Of a stretch of DNA of 63,646 bases, positions 11,490 through 24,499 are shown piece by piece. The stretch's first letter is position 1, and every line of letters begins with the position of its first letter. The stretch lies in NCBI GenBank assembly GCA_020536535.1, contig JAHLWZ010000876.1:1-63646 (forward strand). Reading direction: 5' to 3'. Under the pieces are notes generated by a model. The model worked only from the letters and a program-made list of their open reading frames with translations. It was not told where the DNA came from and searched no databases. The translations under genes and the position numbers were made by a program. The DNA comes from Pelomyxa schiedti (lineage: Eukaryota > Protista > Evosea).

Positions 11490-14400
11490 TTATCTTCTCT
11501 TGAACCTGTTAATAATATCAGAAGGCAGAATAATGATTGGGCAGCTGTTTGTACTTGGCTTTTGACTTGAAGCTTGATTTGCCAGGCTTCCCACCCTTCC
11601 GTAGTTTAACAGCCCGACTTTGCTTCTCAACCTTGGGCTTTGATTTCCCTTTGGATTTTGGTAGAAAATCTGCAGCCTTTTTCTTGCTGGGGTTATTACT
11701 CAGGGCTGTTGAGCTATCTTTTTTACTCTTTCTTCTCTTTGACTTCACTGGGTGAGAGTGAGACGGAATGAACCATATCCAGTTTCAAGAAAAAGAGTTA
11801 TACCAGGCAGTTCTCCTCTCTTTAGTAACCTCTTACCATAGTGTGCTGAACGCAATGTCTCTTGTACGTTTTTGTTTGCCGGCATTTTTATTGGCAATGC
11901 CTTTACCTAAGTCGAAAGGTTATTGTGTAAAGAAAGTGGATAGGGTAGTTACCCTTAGCTGAGTAGGTGGCCCTTCTTTGGCTTTTTCATATGCCGCCTT
12001 TGCTTTGGGAGTGGGAGCTTGTATTGAAATTGGTTCCTTGGCAAGTTCTTTATACACTTTCTTTGATTGTGCTTAAAAAGTCAATAGCAATAGGTAAGGG
12101 AAGAATGGTAGACACCTTTTACGGCTTTTTTCTCGGAAGTAGATTCGAACCATGATTTTTTAGGTCTGGACATGATTTCTCTTTCATGGAGAACTAGATT
12201 TTGTGCTCTTGTTGCATCTCGGTCTGCCATTTGCATCTTTTTCACATTAGGAATGGCAGAATAAATTACCTAATACCTCCTTTTCAGCCTTCTCCGTAGA
12301 GATTATTTCTGCAATATCCTTTGCCATAAGATCAATATGCTGTTTCCATTCTTCTATTTTCTTTTCTTCGACCTCGCGTCGTTTTGCCTTAGTTGTTTCA
12401 GTGGTTCAATCAAAGTAAAAAAGTTGCGTGCATGTTGTTTCATATGGCTGGCAATCTGTGACAGAATAGGTGTGTGTGAATCATCGACTAATGTAATTGC
12501 CACACCATTGCGACCAGCGCGGGCCGTACGACCAACACGGTGAACATATTCAGTGATTGTCTTAGGCAAGTGTGCATTTACCACCTGAAGTGCCAAAAGA
12601 TTAACGGATTTGCTTGAGAACTGTGGTCTAAATACCGCCTGTACTGATGGAATATCAAGACCTCTTGCTGCAAGATCGGTGCATATCATGAAATCCGCTT
12701 CACCATCTTGAAATTTACTTAGGCCAGCTTCGCGCTTAAGATATTTAGAACTGAAGGAATCCGCGGGAAAAAAACCTGTGGTTGTGTGAGCCCACCATGC
12801 ATTTCCACAACAGAGAGCCCTGCTAGTTTGAAAATTAAATACAGTCTGTGCACCCACCACTTCTGAGTCAGGAACACGAGAACATGAGACTTCTTAAGTT
12901 CTGAGCATAGCGCTGGTAACGTTGGTTATAAGCGTTACAACCAAATGACTTACACAAAATTGTTGCCTCCCGGGTAGCTCTGTCGTTGTCATGGAGTCTA
13001 ATAAACTGATGACTGAGAGTATCTGTGAAATCGAACTTCTTGTCCACTGCAATACGAACAGGATTATTTAGGGAGAGCTTCACTAGGACATCAACCTGTG
13101 GCACATAAGAGAGAAAATGCAGTTTCAAACATACTTGCTCCGTCATAGTCGCCGAGAACAACATTGTTTGTCTCTGTTTAGGGCATTGAAGTAAAACCTG
13201 CTCCAGTTGTGGCATAAATCCAAGTTCAAGAAGTCTAGGAATATATATAAGGGCACACAGGTGTTTCATGCGTGTACCTGTCAGCTTCATCCAAGACGAG
13301 AATTTGCAATTTCTCAATGCCAACTCCAGCAGTATTGAGCAAGTGGTCCAACAGGCGACCAAGTGTAGCAATAAGGAGATCTGCTCCTTGGTGCAACTCC
13401 CTGGCTTGTGTTTGTGTGCAAACTCCACCTCAAGGGGAACTTAGAACGTCATGGGAGTGTCGGTGTAAAACCATAAGTCACAAGATGAGTCAAAGGTGTG
13501 TGAGCAGAAAGCTGTTTAAAGAAATCTCCGCACTGTATTGCCAACTCCCTGGTGGGGGTGAGTACAAGTGCTTGAATATCCCTTTTCCGTGTTGTGCGAC
13601 TAAGGAGCAACCGCTCAATGATAGGTATAAGGAATGCTGCTGTCTTTCCTGAATGTAATCAGCTTTACATTTACAAAAGACACCCAGTTACCTGAACCAG
13701 TTACAGCACTGGCACATATATCTCTCCCAATCAGAGCAACAGGAATTACATTTGCCTGTGGGAATTTAAATATGAACTCATGATAGATACTTACAAACCT
13801 GGATTGGAGTGGGTTTATCCCAAGACAAATCAGCTATTGCTTTTAAAACAGGCTTTGAAAGATGAATATCAACAAATGAAACTTGATCAAGCTCAGCAGT
13901 ACCCATTGGGGGCACTACTTCAAAAAACTATGCAAGTAAGTATGTGAGGGAGACTGGGAAAAAAAAACTTTGTTGCTTGGGCTCTCTGTTTCAGTCTCTG
14001 CTGATTCTGCTGCAGGAATAGGGTAATCTTTGGACTCAGCCAGAGGCTTCTCTTTGGATTTCTCTTTCACTCTCAGCTTTTTGCTGAGTATGGTGTTAAG
14101 ACATTTTTGTTGGTAATAACAAACCTGGTGGAAGGCCGTGCTTCTTCCTCGTCATTCTTTTCACTCCTTGGCTTCTTTCGTTTTTCTCCTGCTTTGGCCT
14201 CTTTTTCTGCAGGTTGTTGGTTTTCTTCAGGTGCGTCATCGAAAAGGGCCGGATGGTTGGGGTTGATCTTTGTCATGTGTGATATTGCCTTGGTGTCTAG
14301 CAACTTGTTTGCGGCAGTATTGGAGGGATCCTAAGCAGAGATTAGTGATGAATGAGAATAATGACTATTTCACACAAATGGATCGACAAATCCTCCTGCA

Positions 14401-15262
14401 GTCAGTGATGTACCAGAGAACATCTGTTTGTTCATGTTGTCAGAACAATCGTTGCACAACGGGGAAAATATACGTCTGATGTCTGCCAAGAAAGCTCTGT
14501 GTCCAACTTATCTTCAGGCTCAAGCTGCTCTTCTTTGAGAGACCTCTCATCTTCACTATCCTCATAACCTGCCCTTTCAATGTCCACAACCCCAGGTGCT
14601 CTTTTGTCATCCTCCTCCAGTTGATCCATCCCATCGAGTTTCTCCTTGCGTGGCTTTGTTTGTTTCTCCCGTGCATTTTCCTTTCCCTCCGCATTCTCCC
14701 CCGCTTTTCCTTTTCCTTTTCCTTTTCCACCCTTCTTTTTATCACCAGGCCTCTTCTTCTTCTTCTCCTCCTCCTCCCGCTGCCTCGGTACCTCGTACAC
14801 GTCGTCGCCGAATTCCTCGGCCATGGGGTCGGGCTCGCCTTGCATCTTCTTGGGGCTCGTCTTCCCGGCCGGGGGCGCGGGGCGCGGCCGGAGGGCCTTG
14901 GGCCCGCTTGTGGAGAGGGGCTTGCCGCGGCCGCCGGCCTTGCCCTTCTTGGCCGCGACGACCGCCGCCAGCGGCCGGCCGGTCCTCTTGGCCTCCGCCT
15001 TCTCCGCGGCTATGCGGGCCTTCCTGTCGGTCTTGGCCTGCTGCTTCCTCTGCTTCTTCTCCATCACCCTCAGCCTCTTGGACTCCTTGCGCTCCTTGCG
15101 GTTCCCGGGCTTGTCCGACGAGCCGTCCGGCCCCGCCCCATAATTGCGTTTCTTGCCGGCGACCGGGCCTTCGTCTTCGTAGTCGCCTCTGCTGCCCCGA
15201 CCTCCTCGCCCGCGTCCTCGTGCTCCTCCCCGGCCGCGACCACCCCTGCCACCTCGCTCCAT
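11490..15262 (-). CDS. DDX27: DEAD-box RNA helicase DDX27/DRS1 (60S biogenesis)
   Basis: PTPIQ, TGSG|KT, LVLDEADR, MLFSAT, TDLAARGLDI and YVHRVGRTARAG motifs. Basic RGG-rich N-terminus. Spliced C-terminus SFKSKAKFKRR* is typical of DDX27/DRS1. Confidence 0.88.
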
Positions 15263-15741
15263 GTGTTTTTTAAGGCAATTACCGATGTGCAACTGCTAAA
15301 ACAATCAATCGTTCTCTTTATTTCCATAGAGGATTTTTTCTTTATCGCTTCATCAAAGAAGCGATGGTGGTGAGGCTTTGCAAAAAAAATAAACAACGAT
15401 GAACAGGGAAGAGAAAAAGGGGCAAGGGTTCATGAATAAATTAAAGGTTTTTTTGTACCTATTTCGCTAAGAAAATAGGTTTTTTAGATTACACCAGTCT
15501 TTGGTTGGGTTTGATAGGCACTAGCCAATCAAGCGAGCCTTGTGGTAGGGGTTGTATGAGGGTGTTGCTTGTTGGGCTGGTGCGGTTGTGTTTTGGTTTT
15601 TTGGGTTTTGTTGTTTTTTTTTTGTTTGGTTTGGTTTTGCTGTTTTTTGGGTTTTTGTTGATGTGGATTGTCAGTCCTCGGAACTTGTGGATGTGAGCTT
15701 CACATTATATATAGGTTTTGTGAATTTGGCTCACCCAAGGA

Positions 15742-16479
15742 CTAGGTGCGGTTGTTGAAAAGGCGTCTTGCTGGAAGGGAGAATGGTGGTGTGGAGCCAG
15801 CCCCTCTCTGCACAAGAATATGCGGAGGTACGAAGGCCTTTTTGTGTGTTTAATTTGGATACAATAATGATTATTATTCCTATACTGTAGATTATGCTAG
15901 CAACGTACCTGATCATTTTCGTCCGTTTCAGAGTCACTGGAATCGTCATCGTGGGGGTTTCGTGGGACCATTTCCCCACCACCCAGAGGAGGGTTTTCCG
16001 TTTCGTCCATCGGAAAAACACCCTCAGAAGCTCCTCCACTTCCAGTGATAGGGATGGCCGTGGATGGCGCAAGACGAGGTTCTTCAGTGAAAGTGTTGTG
16101 GACAGGAGTGGCAGGTGGCGGAGCGTGACGCCGTGTTCCGTTCACGGGAATCCCAGTTGGCATCACAGGTGTACTGGTAGTGTTGATTGTAAGTGGTGGT
16201 GCGGCATCCAGTTTAATAGTATCAAAGAACTTCCTCTGAGGCGAATTGAGATTGAGGGTTTTTATATTTCTATATCAATTTACAAGGAGTGCTCTCTTTC
16301 CATATTAGCGATATTAGTATACGAGGGAAAAAAAAAACCTTGAGAGCGTCGTAGGAGCTCTTTCCGGTGTTGACAGGCATACTCATCGAAACGACGGTCT
16401 GCGTAGGCCGCGCCTGGTGCTGGAGTCCCGGACGGGTCGCGATCGCGATCGTAGGTGGTGCCGCTACTCGTGTAGACAT
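15742..16479 (-). CDS. Small low-complexity hypothetical protein with an acidic tract and a C-terminal FVPPH motif (weak resemblance to the S40/DUF584 C-terminus)
   Basis: Three exons (16479-~16340, ~16250-15908, ~15838-15742): ...DDDSSDSETDENDQ|AFVPPHILVQRG...FSLPARRLFNNRT*. Confidence 0.5.
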
Positions 16480-16946
16480 CTTTCTTTCTACGGTTCCGGC
16501 TTTGGGGTTTTTGTTTGCACGTACTAGTGTTTGTGTCTGATTTGTCGTCGGCTTACAGCGACAGATCTCCCTTTGTCCTTCGGGTTTGTTTTTAGTTTTA
16601 ATGGCCGCGTCGGCACCGCTTGTCGTCTCGCTGGATTATTTCTTTTGGTCTGAAATGTTTTTTAATTAACTGTGAAGTTTTTCGTCCCTCCCGTTTTTTT
16701 TGGGCCTTGATGAGTGGATTAACTAAATTTTCGCCGCAGGGAATTCGTCTCCGAAGCTTTCGAGAGCAAAACGGCGTGCCCTTCCGCACACGGAATGACT
16801 GGGCCAAATCATCTGATCTAGACAAGAGAACTGCGAAGCTTCGACAAAGGAACCCTTCTTCAAGAGAAGAAGAAACCTTCGATCCGCTGAAGTACTTTCT
16901 CAGTGGTGGTGTTGGTATTTTGAGGAGGCAAGTAAGATTGGCGTGG

Positions 16947-19662
16947 TTAGTTTCCGTCGTCAGTGGATTCGGCGTCCTCACGCACACAACTCCACACAAT
17001 CTCTGTGATAGTGAGGGTGCTGCCATCTGATAGTAGGATCGATTTGTTGTTGTTGTTGGTGTTGCCGTTGGAGCCGCCGCCGTTGTTGTTGTTGTTGTTG
17101 CTTGGTGGGAGAATGGGTGGCGTGGGCGCGGGAGTGAACCCAGACCAAGCGGCGGGTGAGAATTGAATTGCGTCGTCGTACTTGCTCCCTGTGGTGTCGA
17201 GGTCGCCGCCTGGGAAGCTGCTGGACCTGCAGGGGGCGGGGGCCAGTATGACCACGGACCCCTCCGCGTCGCCGCTGCTGGGCAGCGTGGGAGTTTGGGA
17301 TGTGCAGATGGTGGGTGTATTCGCCAGGGGCGAGGATGTACTGAGCGGAGTTGGAGTTGTTGCGTGCGGGGCCACCGTCGCCGTCGCCGCCGCCGCCGCC
17401 GTCGCCGTCGCCGCGGCGCTGCTGGAGGTGGTGTCACTCGGCGGTGGCGGCTTTGTTTTGCACAGCAGGAGTATGGCTGCGCTGTTGTCCTTGTCGTAGT
17501 TACTGGCACTGAACACTGTACAGAGCTGGTTGTTGTGGGACCAGAGCGTGCCACTGAGCACAAGCTGGTGGCTGCGGAAGAGCAGCTGCAGCTTGTTTCG
17601 ACGGAGGAATTCAGTTGTACTGTTGCATCCAAATAGATCTATGATGGTGGTGTGAATTGTGTAATGAATTCCGAATTCAAGGTACATCCAGCTCCGCGAT
17701 GAGAGAGTCGCCAACCAAAGTTAGCACCCTCCACAGGATCTGACCATGTCAAATCACACATCTTTCAAAGTGGTTTGCTTTTCAGGAAAAACCAGGTGTA
17801 TATACCATTCCGGAAAGTGGAATATCGCAAAAGCGGTTTACAGTATTAATATCGGACACATTTTTGAGCTCTAGACAAAGTAAGTCTTAGAGAAATGAAG
17901 TAAAAGCCATACCTGGACTCAACCCTGCATGAACTGCAAATATCTTGTTTGAAACAACAGCCGCCTGAAAAGGAAATTGGTGGAAAGAAGAGAAACAAAA
18001 CTCTTCCAACCAAAGGCATGTTGTCAAACACTTGGCAAGACTGCTTCCAAACAGATCCTGCATGCTTGTCATACATTATTTCGCAGTCTTCATAAAAGCC
18101 ATATAAACGTGATATCCTTGCTGATTCGTGATTCCCCCTTGTTACCAGTAATTAGTTTGAACCCCAAATTGTATGGTTCTTACCGCAAAAGAGTGATATT
18201 GTTAGGATAGAGTATCTTGAATGACAACAAAATACTAAGGACTTCAACGGACTGGTCCCTTTTTCTCAAACATTAATAGGGATAACGCAGGTGGGGTGTG
18301 TACCCTCGGTCAACAAAATCTCCAAGAAACAGGAATTGAGTTGTGTGCGGGCTACCCACAAGTTTGAAAATTTGGTACAAGTCAGCAAGGTGACCATGAG
18401 TATCCCCAACAACAACGAGTTTCTTTTTAGCTCGTTAAGGTTTACGGAATTAGTTTAGTAACCAAAGCAGCTTACAGGAGAGTCGAGATACATTAAATTG
18501 GGTTCGCTGTGAAAAATGACAAGGGCAGCACGAAGAAGTGTAAGGAAGTCACTGTAATGTGGACATGACTGGGAGTTTCCAGAAGATGCCTCAGCTGGAG
18601 AGGCTCCCTCTATCCAAAACTGCTGATGGTATTCCAAATGCTCCCTGGCTATGTCCCTGGCACCCAAAAAGTCATATCTGGCCATTTGCATACATTTTTC
18701 CCTCCAGTTCCGTGGTTCGAGCTCTGTATAGCATTATTTAGTGCAGTTCCCTTCCCCTAGACAAAGAAAAGCAAAGATGAAAATGGAAGGGTACCACTGA
18801 ACAATGGAACAACTGGGGGTGGTATGACAATAGGCTGACGTGGCTGTGAAGGTGTTGGCTTGCTCGCTTGTGGCTGGACTGGTTGCGTGGCAGTGGCGGG
18901 GGTGCTGGGTTGTGAACCTGTCACCGCCGCCTTAGAAGCTTCTTGCTGCTGAGTGGGTTGAGGTGCCGAATGTACCGCTTGTGTCTGTGGTTGTGCCTGT
19001 GTGTGTGCCTGCGTTTGGGTTTGTGGTTGTATTTGGGTTTGTGGTTGTGGTTGTGGTTGTGTTTGTTGTGGTTGTGGGTGCGTTGCAGACGGGGCCTGCA
19101 ACTGCGACTGTGACTGCGGCTGTGCCTGGGGTTGTGGTTGTGGCTGTGGCTGTGGCTGTGGATGTGGATGTGGTTGTGGTTGTGGTTGTGGTTGCACTGG
19201 TGCTGTCTGAGTGACCTGGTGCTGTTGTTGGGGTTTAGGCGCGAGTGGTTGTTGTGTTTGAGAGTGCATCTGTGTCTGAGCTACAACTAGTGGCTGCGAA
19301 ACATTACTCGCAGTCGACGACGGACATGGAGATGGAGACGGAGACGGAGGCGGGGCGGCGATCGCTCTAGAGGCCGCCGCGGCACTGGCAGAGCTGGCAG
19401 CGAGTCTGGTCGCGCTGGCGGAGGAGGAGGAGGAGCCGTTGACGCTCGGCAGCAGCGGCGGCGGGGGCGGCGGGGGCCAGCGCATGTCGCCGCCCGCGGC
19501 CTCGAACACCGCGCGCCACAGCTTCGCGTCGGCCTCGGGGCTCAGTGCCAGGCGGCGCAGGGAGGAGCACGTGAAGCACGCGAAGTAGATCGCGTCGGAG
19601 ACGTCGTTGATGGCGCATGTGCAACACACACGAACCAGAAGCTCCAGTGTCAGCCGTTCCAT
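16947..19662 (-). CDS. F-box-like domain + P/Q-rich linker + PPP-family Ser/Thr protein phosphatase
   Basis: N-terminus MERLTLELLVRVC...FTCSSLRRLA...LWRAVF fits an F-box pattern. After splicing, the catalytic motifs GDTHGH, GDFVDRG, LLRGNHES, HAGLSP, DLTWSDP, RSHQ and TVFSASNY are all present. Confidence 0.85.
18980..19200. repeat. Coding hexamer microsatellite (TGTGGN)n encoding a (PQ/QT)n tract
   Basis: Runs such as tgtggttgtggctgtgg...; similar tracts at ~6680-6775 and 35143-35172. Confidence 0.8.
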
Positions 19663-20519
19663 TTTTTGCGCCCAGCTGCACCCACGACGACTCTAAATCC
19701 CAACTGTTGTGGTGTTTTTCCTTATCTGTTTTCGCCTCCTTGAGTTTTTCTTCTAGATGGCGGTGAACACCGATGAATTTGCTCCCTTCATATCAATTGA
19801 TCTGAAGGGCTTCACTCTACTTTCTGACTAAAAAGGACGACCCTACCCACAGGCGAGTTTAAGCAATAAAGAGCAGTATAATGCCGAATTATCAGTGGCA
19901 TGTAATATTGCAAACCAACATCATGTGGTAATATTGGTTGAGACTGGGGAATCACTTGACTATCCTCTGCAATTCCATGTCCATACAGTGGAGGTGGAAC
20001 TATTATATATTAGTGATTAATAATCCAACCTATGTAATTTAAAAACATAACACAAACCAATTGTGTCAAAGTTCTCAGAGCCATCAACATCACCAACCCA
20101 GGAGCCAAACTCCATTGGCTTCACAACATGGTGATGTACATGTCCATCTTCCTACAGAGGGTGCTGCCTTAGGCAGTGATGCAGACACTTGAAATGTAGA
20201 ACATAGTTGATTGTTTTCAAAGGTGTGACACCTGGCAGTTAAAGCAAATGAAGGAGGTGGAAGCTGCAAGAAGTCACATTCGAAGCTGGGCAGGAATGGA
20301 CCATTCTGTTTGTGAGAAAGTATCTGTTTCATACTTTTTTCCTTAGGTGTGTTCCATCTTGTATTCTCTTCTTACCATACCATGGTTCCATATCATTACA
20401 ACTTCACCAAGCAATTGTGCGTTTCTTCACAAGCAACCTACTTCTCAGAGTTTTCCTCGGAACATTTTCTTTTTACCTAGGCTGACAAAAGCACAAGAAA
20501 AAAAAAACCGTCTCGAAAA

Positions 20520-22590
20520 ATGGCACAAGGGGATATGGCGCCGGAGTGGGTGATGTACGACGAACTGTCAAGGGTGGTGTCGGACATCTGCAACATTGGG
20601 TCGGTAAGTGACTTGTTGGAGTGGGACAGCCAAGTGATGATGCCGTCCGGCGCGACGGATAGCCGCGCCTCGCAGCGTGCACTGCTGGAGAGAATTAAGC
20701 ACGAGAAATCAACGTCCGCGGAGCTGGGTACCCTAATTAACACCCTCTTGAAATCCGACTTGTCTCGTCTGACCCCGTTCGAGGCTGCCAACGTTCGTGA
20801 CGCCAAGGTTCCCATCTCTTTGCTCTATTTAACTTTTTTTTTTCGAAGTGCCTGACGAAAAACCCTGTAGAGAAATTACGATATTGAAACTAAAGTTCCA
20901 GTGAACCTGGCTGCTTCCATGGCAGTACTGGAAGTAAAAGGTTATGATGTCTGGGTCAAAGCCCGTGAGCAAAATGACTTTTCCATTTTCTGGCCAACAC
21001 TAAACGAATGGGTTCAACTCCAGAGACAAAGAGCAAAGTTGGATTTTTTCCCTCACTTCTTTCTCCTAACTCGGTGCTTGTCACCAGGTTCGTGGCACCA
21101 GGTGTTCCCACATATGATACGTGCCTGGACAAATTTGAGCGTGGGCTCACATCCGCCAGAGTGGCGGAAGTCCTGGGTGTAGGTAAGTGATGACCCACCA
21201 GCAACGGAACACTCACCTTCCATCCCTAGTTAAAGAAGAACTCTTTCCACTGATCAAGGCCATTGCCGCAAAGAACACTCAACCAGAGTCGGCATTCATA
21301 GAGAAGGGCTTCCCAACAGAAGGTCAACTGGCAGTTTCCAAACGTGTGGCAACAGATATGGGTTTTAACTGGGTACTTTCCACCATACACTTTCAACGTT
21401 TGACTCTTGCAAAGAACTGCGGGCGACTAGATGTATCAGTTCACCCTTTCACATCTGAAATTCACCCCACAGATGTCAGGATAACAACAAAATTTTTGGT
21501 GTGTGCCACTTTCGTCACTACACCCAATTACTCTCTCATTTTTCATTAGGATGATCTAGCTGATGCTCTCACAAGTATTGTGTCCTGTACTCTCGAGTTA
21601 CTCCTAACAACCGCCGCCCCAATTAATAGGTACTGTTCACGAAGCGGGACATGGCCTATATTCTCAAGGTCTTCCAAGAGGATCCCAGTATTCTGCAAAG
21701 CCGTTATCAATGGTTGCCACCTCACCTGGCAACTACAGCATGAAACTAACTTCCCCACAGGCCATGCATGAGTCACAGTCCCTTTTTTGGGAGCGTTTTG
21801 TGTGCAAATCACCTGAGTTCTGGCAGCATTATTGGCCTCTAGTTCTCGAAACCTTCCCACACGTCCCAAGGGAAAAAACCGCAAGGGATGCTTATGCAGC
21901 TATTAATGTAGGTAGGCGTGACTTCTATTCCTCTTGTCATTCCTCAATCACCACAGTAAAACCCAGCTTCATACGGATTTCAGCTGATGAGGTAACTTAC
22001 CATGCACACATTATAGTCCGCTGTGAGATGGAAGAATTATTGCTCAATGGGACAGGCCAAATTGTTAGAGTCAAAGAAAATATCTTTTTTTCTCATTCTT
22101 TCAGCCAGATGCCGACACCCTAAGAAATTTATGGAACACTAAAATGCAGCACTATCTTGGTACAATATTTTTTTTTTCTTACCTTTTTTTGGTTTAATAT
22201 TCCAAACCAGGCATTACTCCAAGCACGGACAAAGAGGGCATACTTCAAGATGTTCATTGGTCTTGTGGCCTTTTTGGCTACTTCCCTACTTATACCATGG
22301 GTGCCATGTGTGCCGCACAGCTATTCCAGGCTGTCGTTAAAGAAATTCCAGATATCCCCCAGCAAATGGCCGCAGGTAATTTCCAGTACCCTTTTTGTTC
22401 AAGTTCTAAGCCGAAATCCACAGGAAAGTTTGATGTACTTCTGGGATGGTTACGGCAACATATCCACAGCAAAGGCTCCCTTTACAGCTCACTTGATGAC
22501 CACCTTCTCCATGAGATTGGTGCCATACTTGATCCCCACGCCCTCACTGCCCACCTAAAAGCCAAATACAGTGCACTTTACTCCCTGTGA
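20520..22590 (+). CDS. Peptidase family M32 carboxypeptidase (carboxypeptidase Taq type), ~9 introns
   Basis: LLEWDSQVMMPSG, GRLDVSVHPF, DVRITT, HEAGH (HExxH), HESQS, FIRISADEVTY, GILQDVHW and FGYFPTYTMG motifs. Confidence 0.92.
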
Positions 22591-22645
22591 CAAGTCCGAG
22601 AAAAGAGAAATATTCTTTCAACCAACAAGTTTCTTTTTGTTCTCT

Positions 22646-24378
22646 TTAGTGAGAATCTTTCACACTTATTCTTACATTACAATGAGGGCATTTACCTACA
22701 AAAAAAAGTACAGAGGAAGCACATGTGTTGGTAAAAAAAAGAATTGCCTGCAACACACCAAAAATAAGGGACCCGAAGCCCATTTGGACGGGTGCGGCTG
22801 ACGATGACGGGTCCTTGCTTGTTGTAGTAATGGATTTGAACCACTCACGCAGGCACGATTCATGAAAGGATTTGTGGCAGGCTTGGTTCTCACACATCTT
22901 TTTGGGTTATTTTGGGATGAGTCCCGGTTGGTGTGTTTTGGTATGGGGGTCGACAACCTTGTTGGGTATGGTACCATCTAGTTCGTATCCACAACATATC
23001 CCACATTCGACGGAAATATCATCCATGGAAGCATCATCTTGCGAGGGAAAAGCTATGTCAAGTGACCGCTGGAGATTATGAAGTACAGAGGCGTTGACAT
23101 CCCTTTTTTGGGGTTAGAATTCGAAGAACGTACCCCTGGAGAAATTACCAGGAGTCCACGCGAGAAAAGAACCTCTCCTTGAGGGGAGAGATCAGCACCT
23201 CAGGGCCAAGAAAAACACAGGTAGGGATCCCTCTTGTGGCTGCAGGGTCAATGGTGATCTGTAGGGAGCAATGCGTGGCTTTCACCTCATCAGAAAATGG
23301 ATTGTGGAAATGGAGATACCTAATGCAATTCTTCTGGTTGTTGAAACTAGGAAAGCACTCTTGGGGGGGCTGAGGACCCAGGTGGAAGTGTCTATTTCGT
23401 CCAGTTCCTTCCATAGGGACTGGTACCCTTCTATTGCCTGACTTGCAAGATTGAGTACGTTGATCAGGCGAGGTGTTCCCATTGCTGGGGAAGAAACACC
23501 CGAGCAGAGAGAAAAAAGTAAGAGCGGGATACGATTTTATATGCTGCCACAAGTTGAGTTAGATCAGCATTAACGGGCACGGAGACATCTCCAGGAAGAT
23601 CACAGCTTTGAATATATTGTTGACAGGGAAAGAGAGTGAAAAGATGAAACCTGGCGGAGGGCGGGGACTCTGGATAGTCACTGGGTACTGTGACCCGGAT
23701 CTTATGTTGTCTATGCCCCGAGTCTCTTTTTGGAACAGTTATTATCAAACCTGACTTCACACATAATTACATTACAGAGATAGAGACTTGATTTGAGCTG
23801 TAATCGATGGAAGAAACATAATTCCAGCCAATAGTTTCTAATTGTTGCATCAGTCTAGTCAGAGCAGATGGCCCCCAACAGCAGTTTGGCTGAGAGGACT
23901 GCTTTGAATTTGCGGACACCCCTTCCTGACAGTAACAATTTAGTAAGCACTCATACCCACAAATCATACTCACTAATACGTGGAATATTTCCTTTATAAC
24001 CCCACAAGGGTTGAGAGAACCTGTTTCCACGCTCTGTATTTGAGCAAAAGTTGATTGTTTCATTAGTTAGTTAGCACATCAGCTTAATAGAAACAACTTT
24101 TTGGAGGGTCGACATGTGCGCAGAACCTCTCACCACTGCAGCCAATGACTCGTCCACATCCAGACTCACTACTTGTGCCTCTCCGCAACTGGAAATCCGC
24201 ACACTCAACCGTATGGAGTATTGTCTTCCCTAAAAATAAAATAAAAAAAGCGAGGTTGTGGGAGTTGGGGGAAAAAAACCCAACGAACTTTGTGGCGAAG
24301 AAAACCGCAGTAACGAGCGAGATCACGCGCCTCTGGAACCAAAACCACACCACCCGGCAGGTTCCACGCTGCCTTCAT
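22646..24378 (-). CDS. FANCL: E3 ubiquitin ligase FANCL
   Basis: N-terminus LVPEARDLARYCGFLR. UBC/RWD-like segments VPSDYPESPP and WKELDEIDTSTWVLSP...RRIA...IDP...P...FLGP. C-terminal RING ECGIC...GTIP...CENQACHKSFHESCLREWF...IFG|KCPHC. Confidence 0.88.
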
Positions 24379-24499
24379 CACAATTTGTGCTCTGAGAGCA
24401 ACAGATCTCTTCAGAGAAAGCCTCCATCATCTCGGCTAGAGTGGCGGGACTAGAGAGCATTCTGGAATCTCCTTTTAGCAGAGCAGGTACTCTCGAATA

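Noticed and set aside
14596-15373. Long overlapping ORFs in GC-rich islands (also 26990-27607, 47836-48649, 16598-17632)
   Set aside because: These are stop-poor shadow frames produced by high GC3 in the real genes.
19001-19210. Metallothionein-like (CG)n Cys-rich ORF on the + strand
   Set aside because: It is the antisense reading of the PQ microsatellite in the phosphatase gene.
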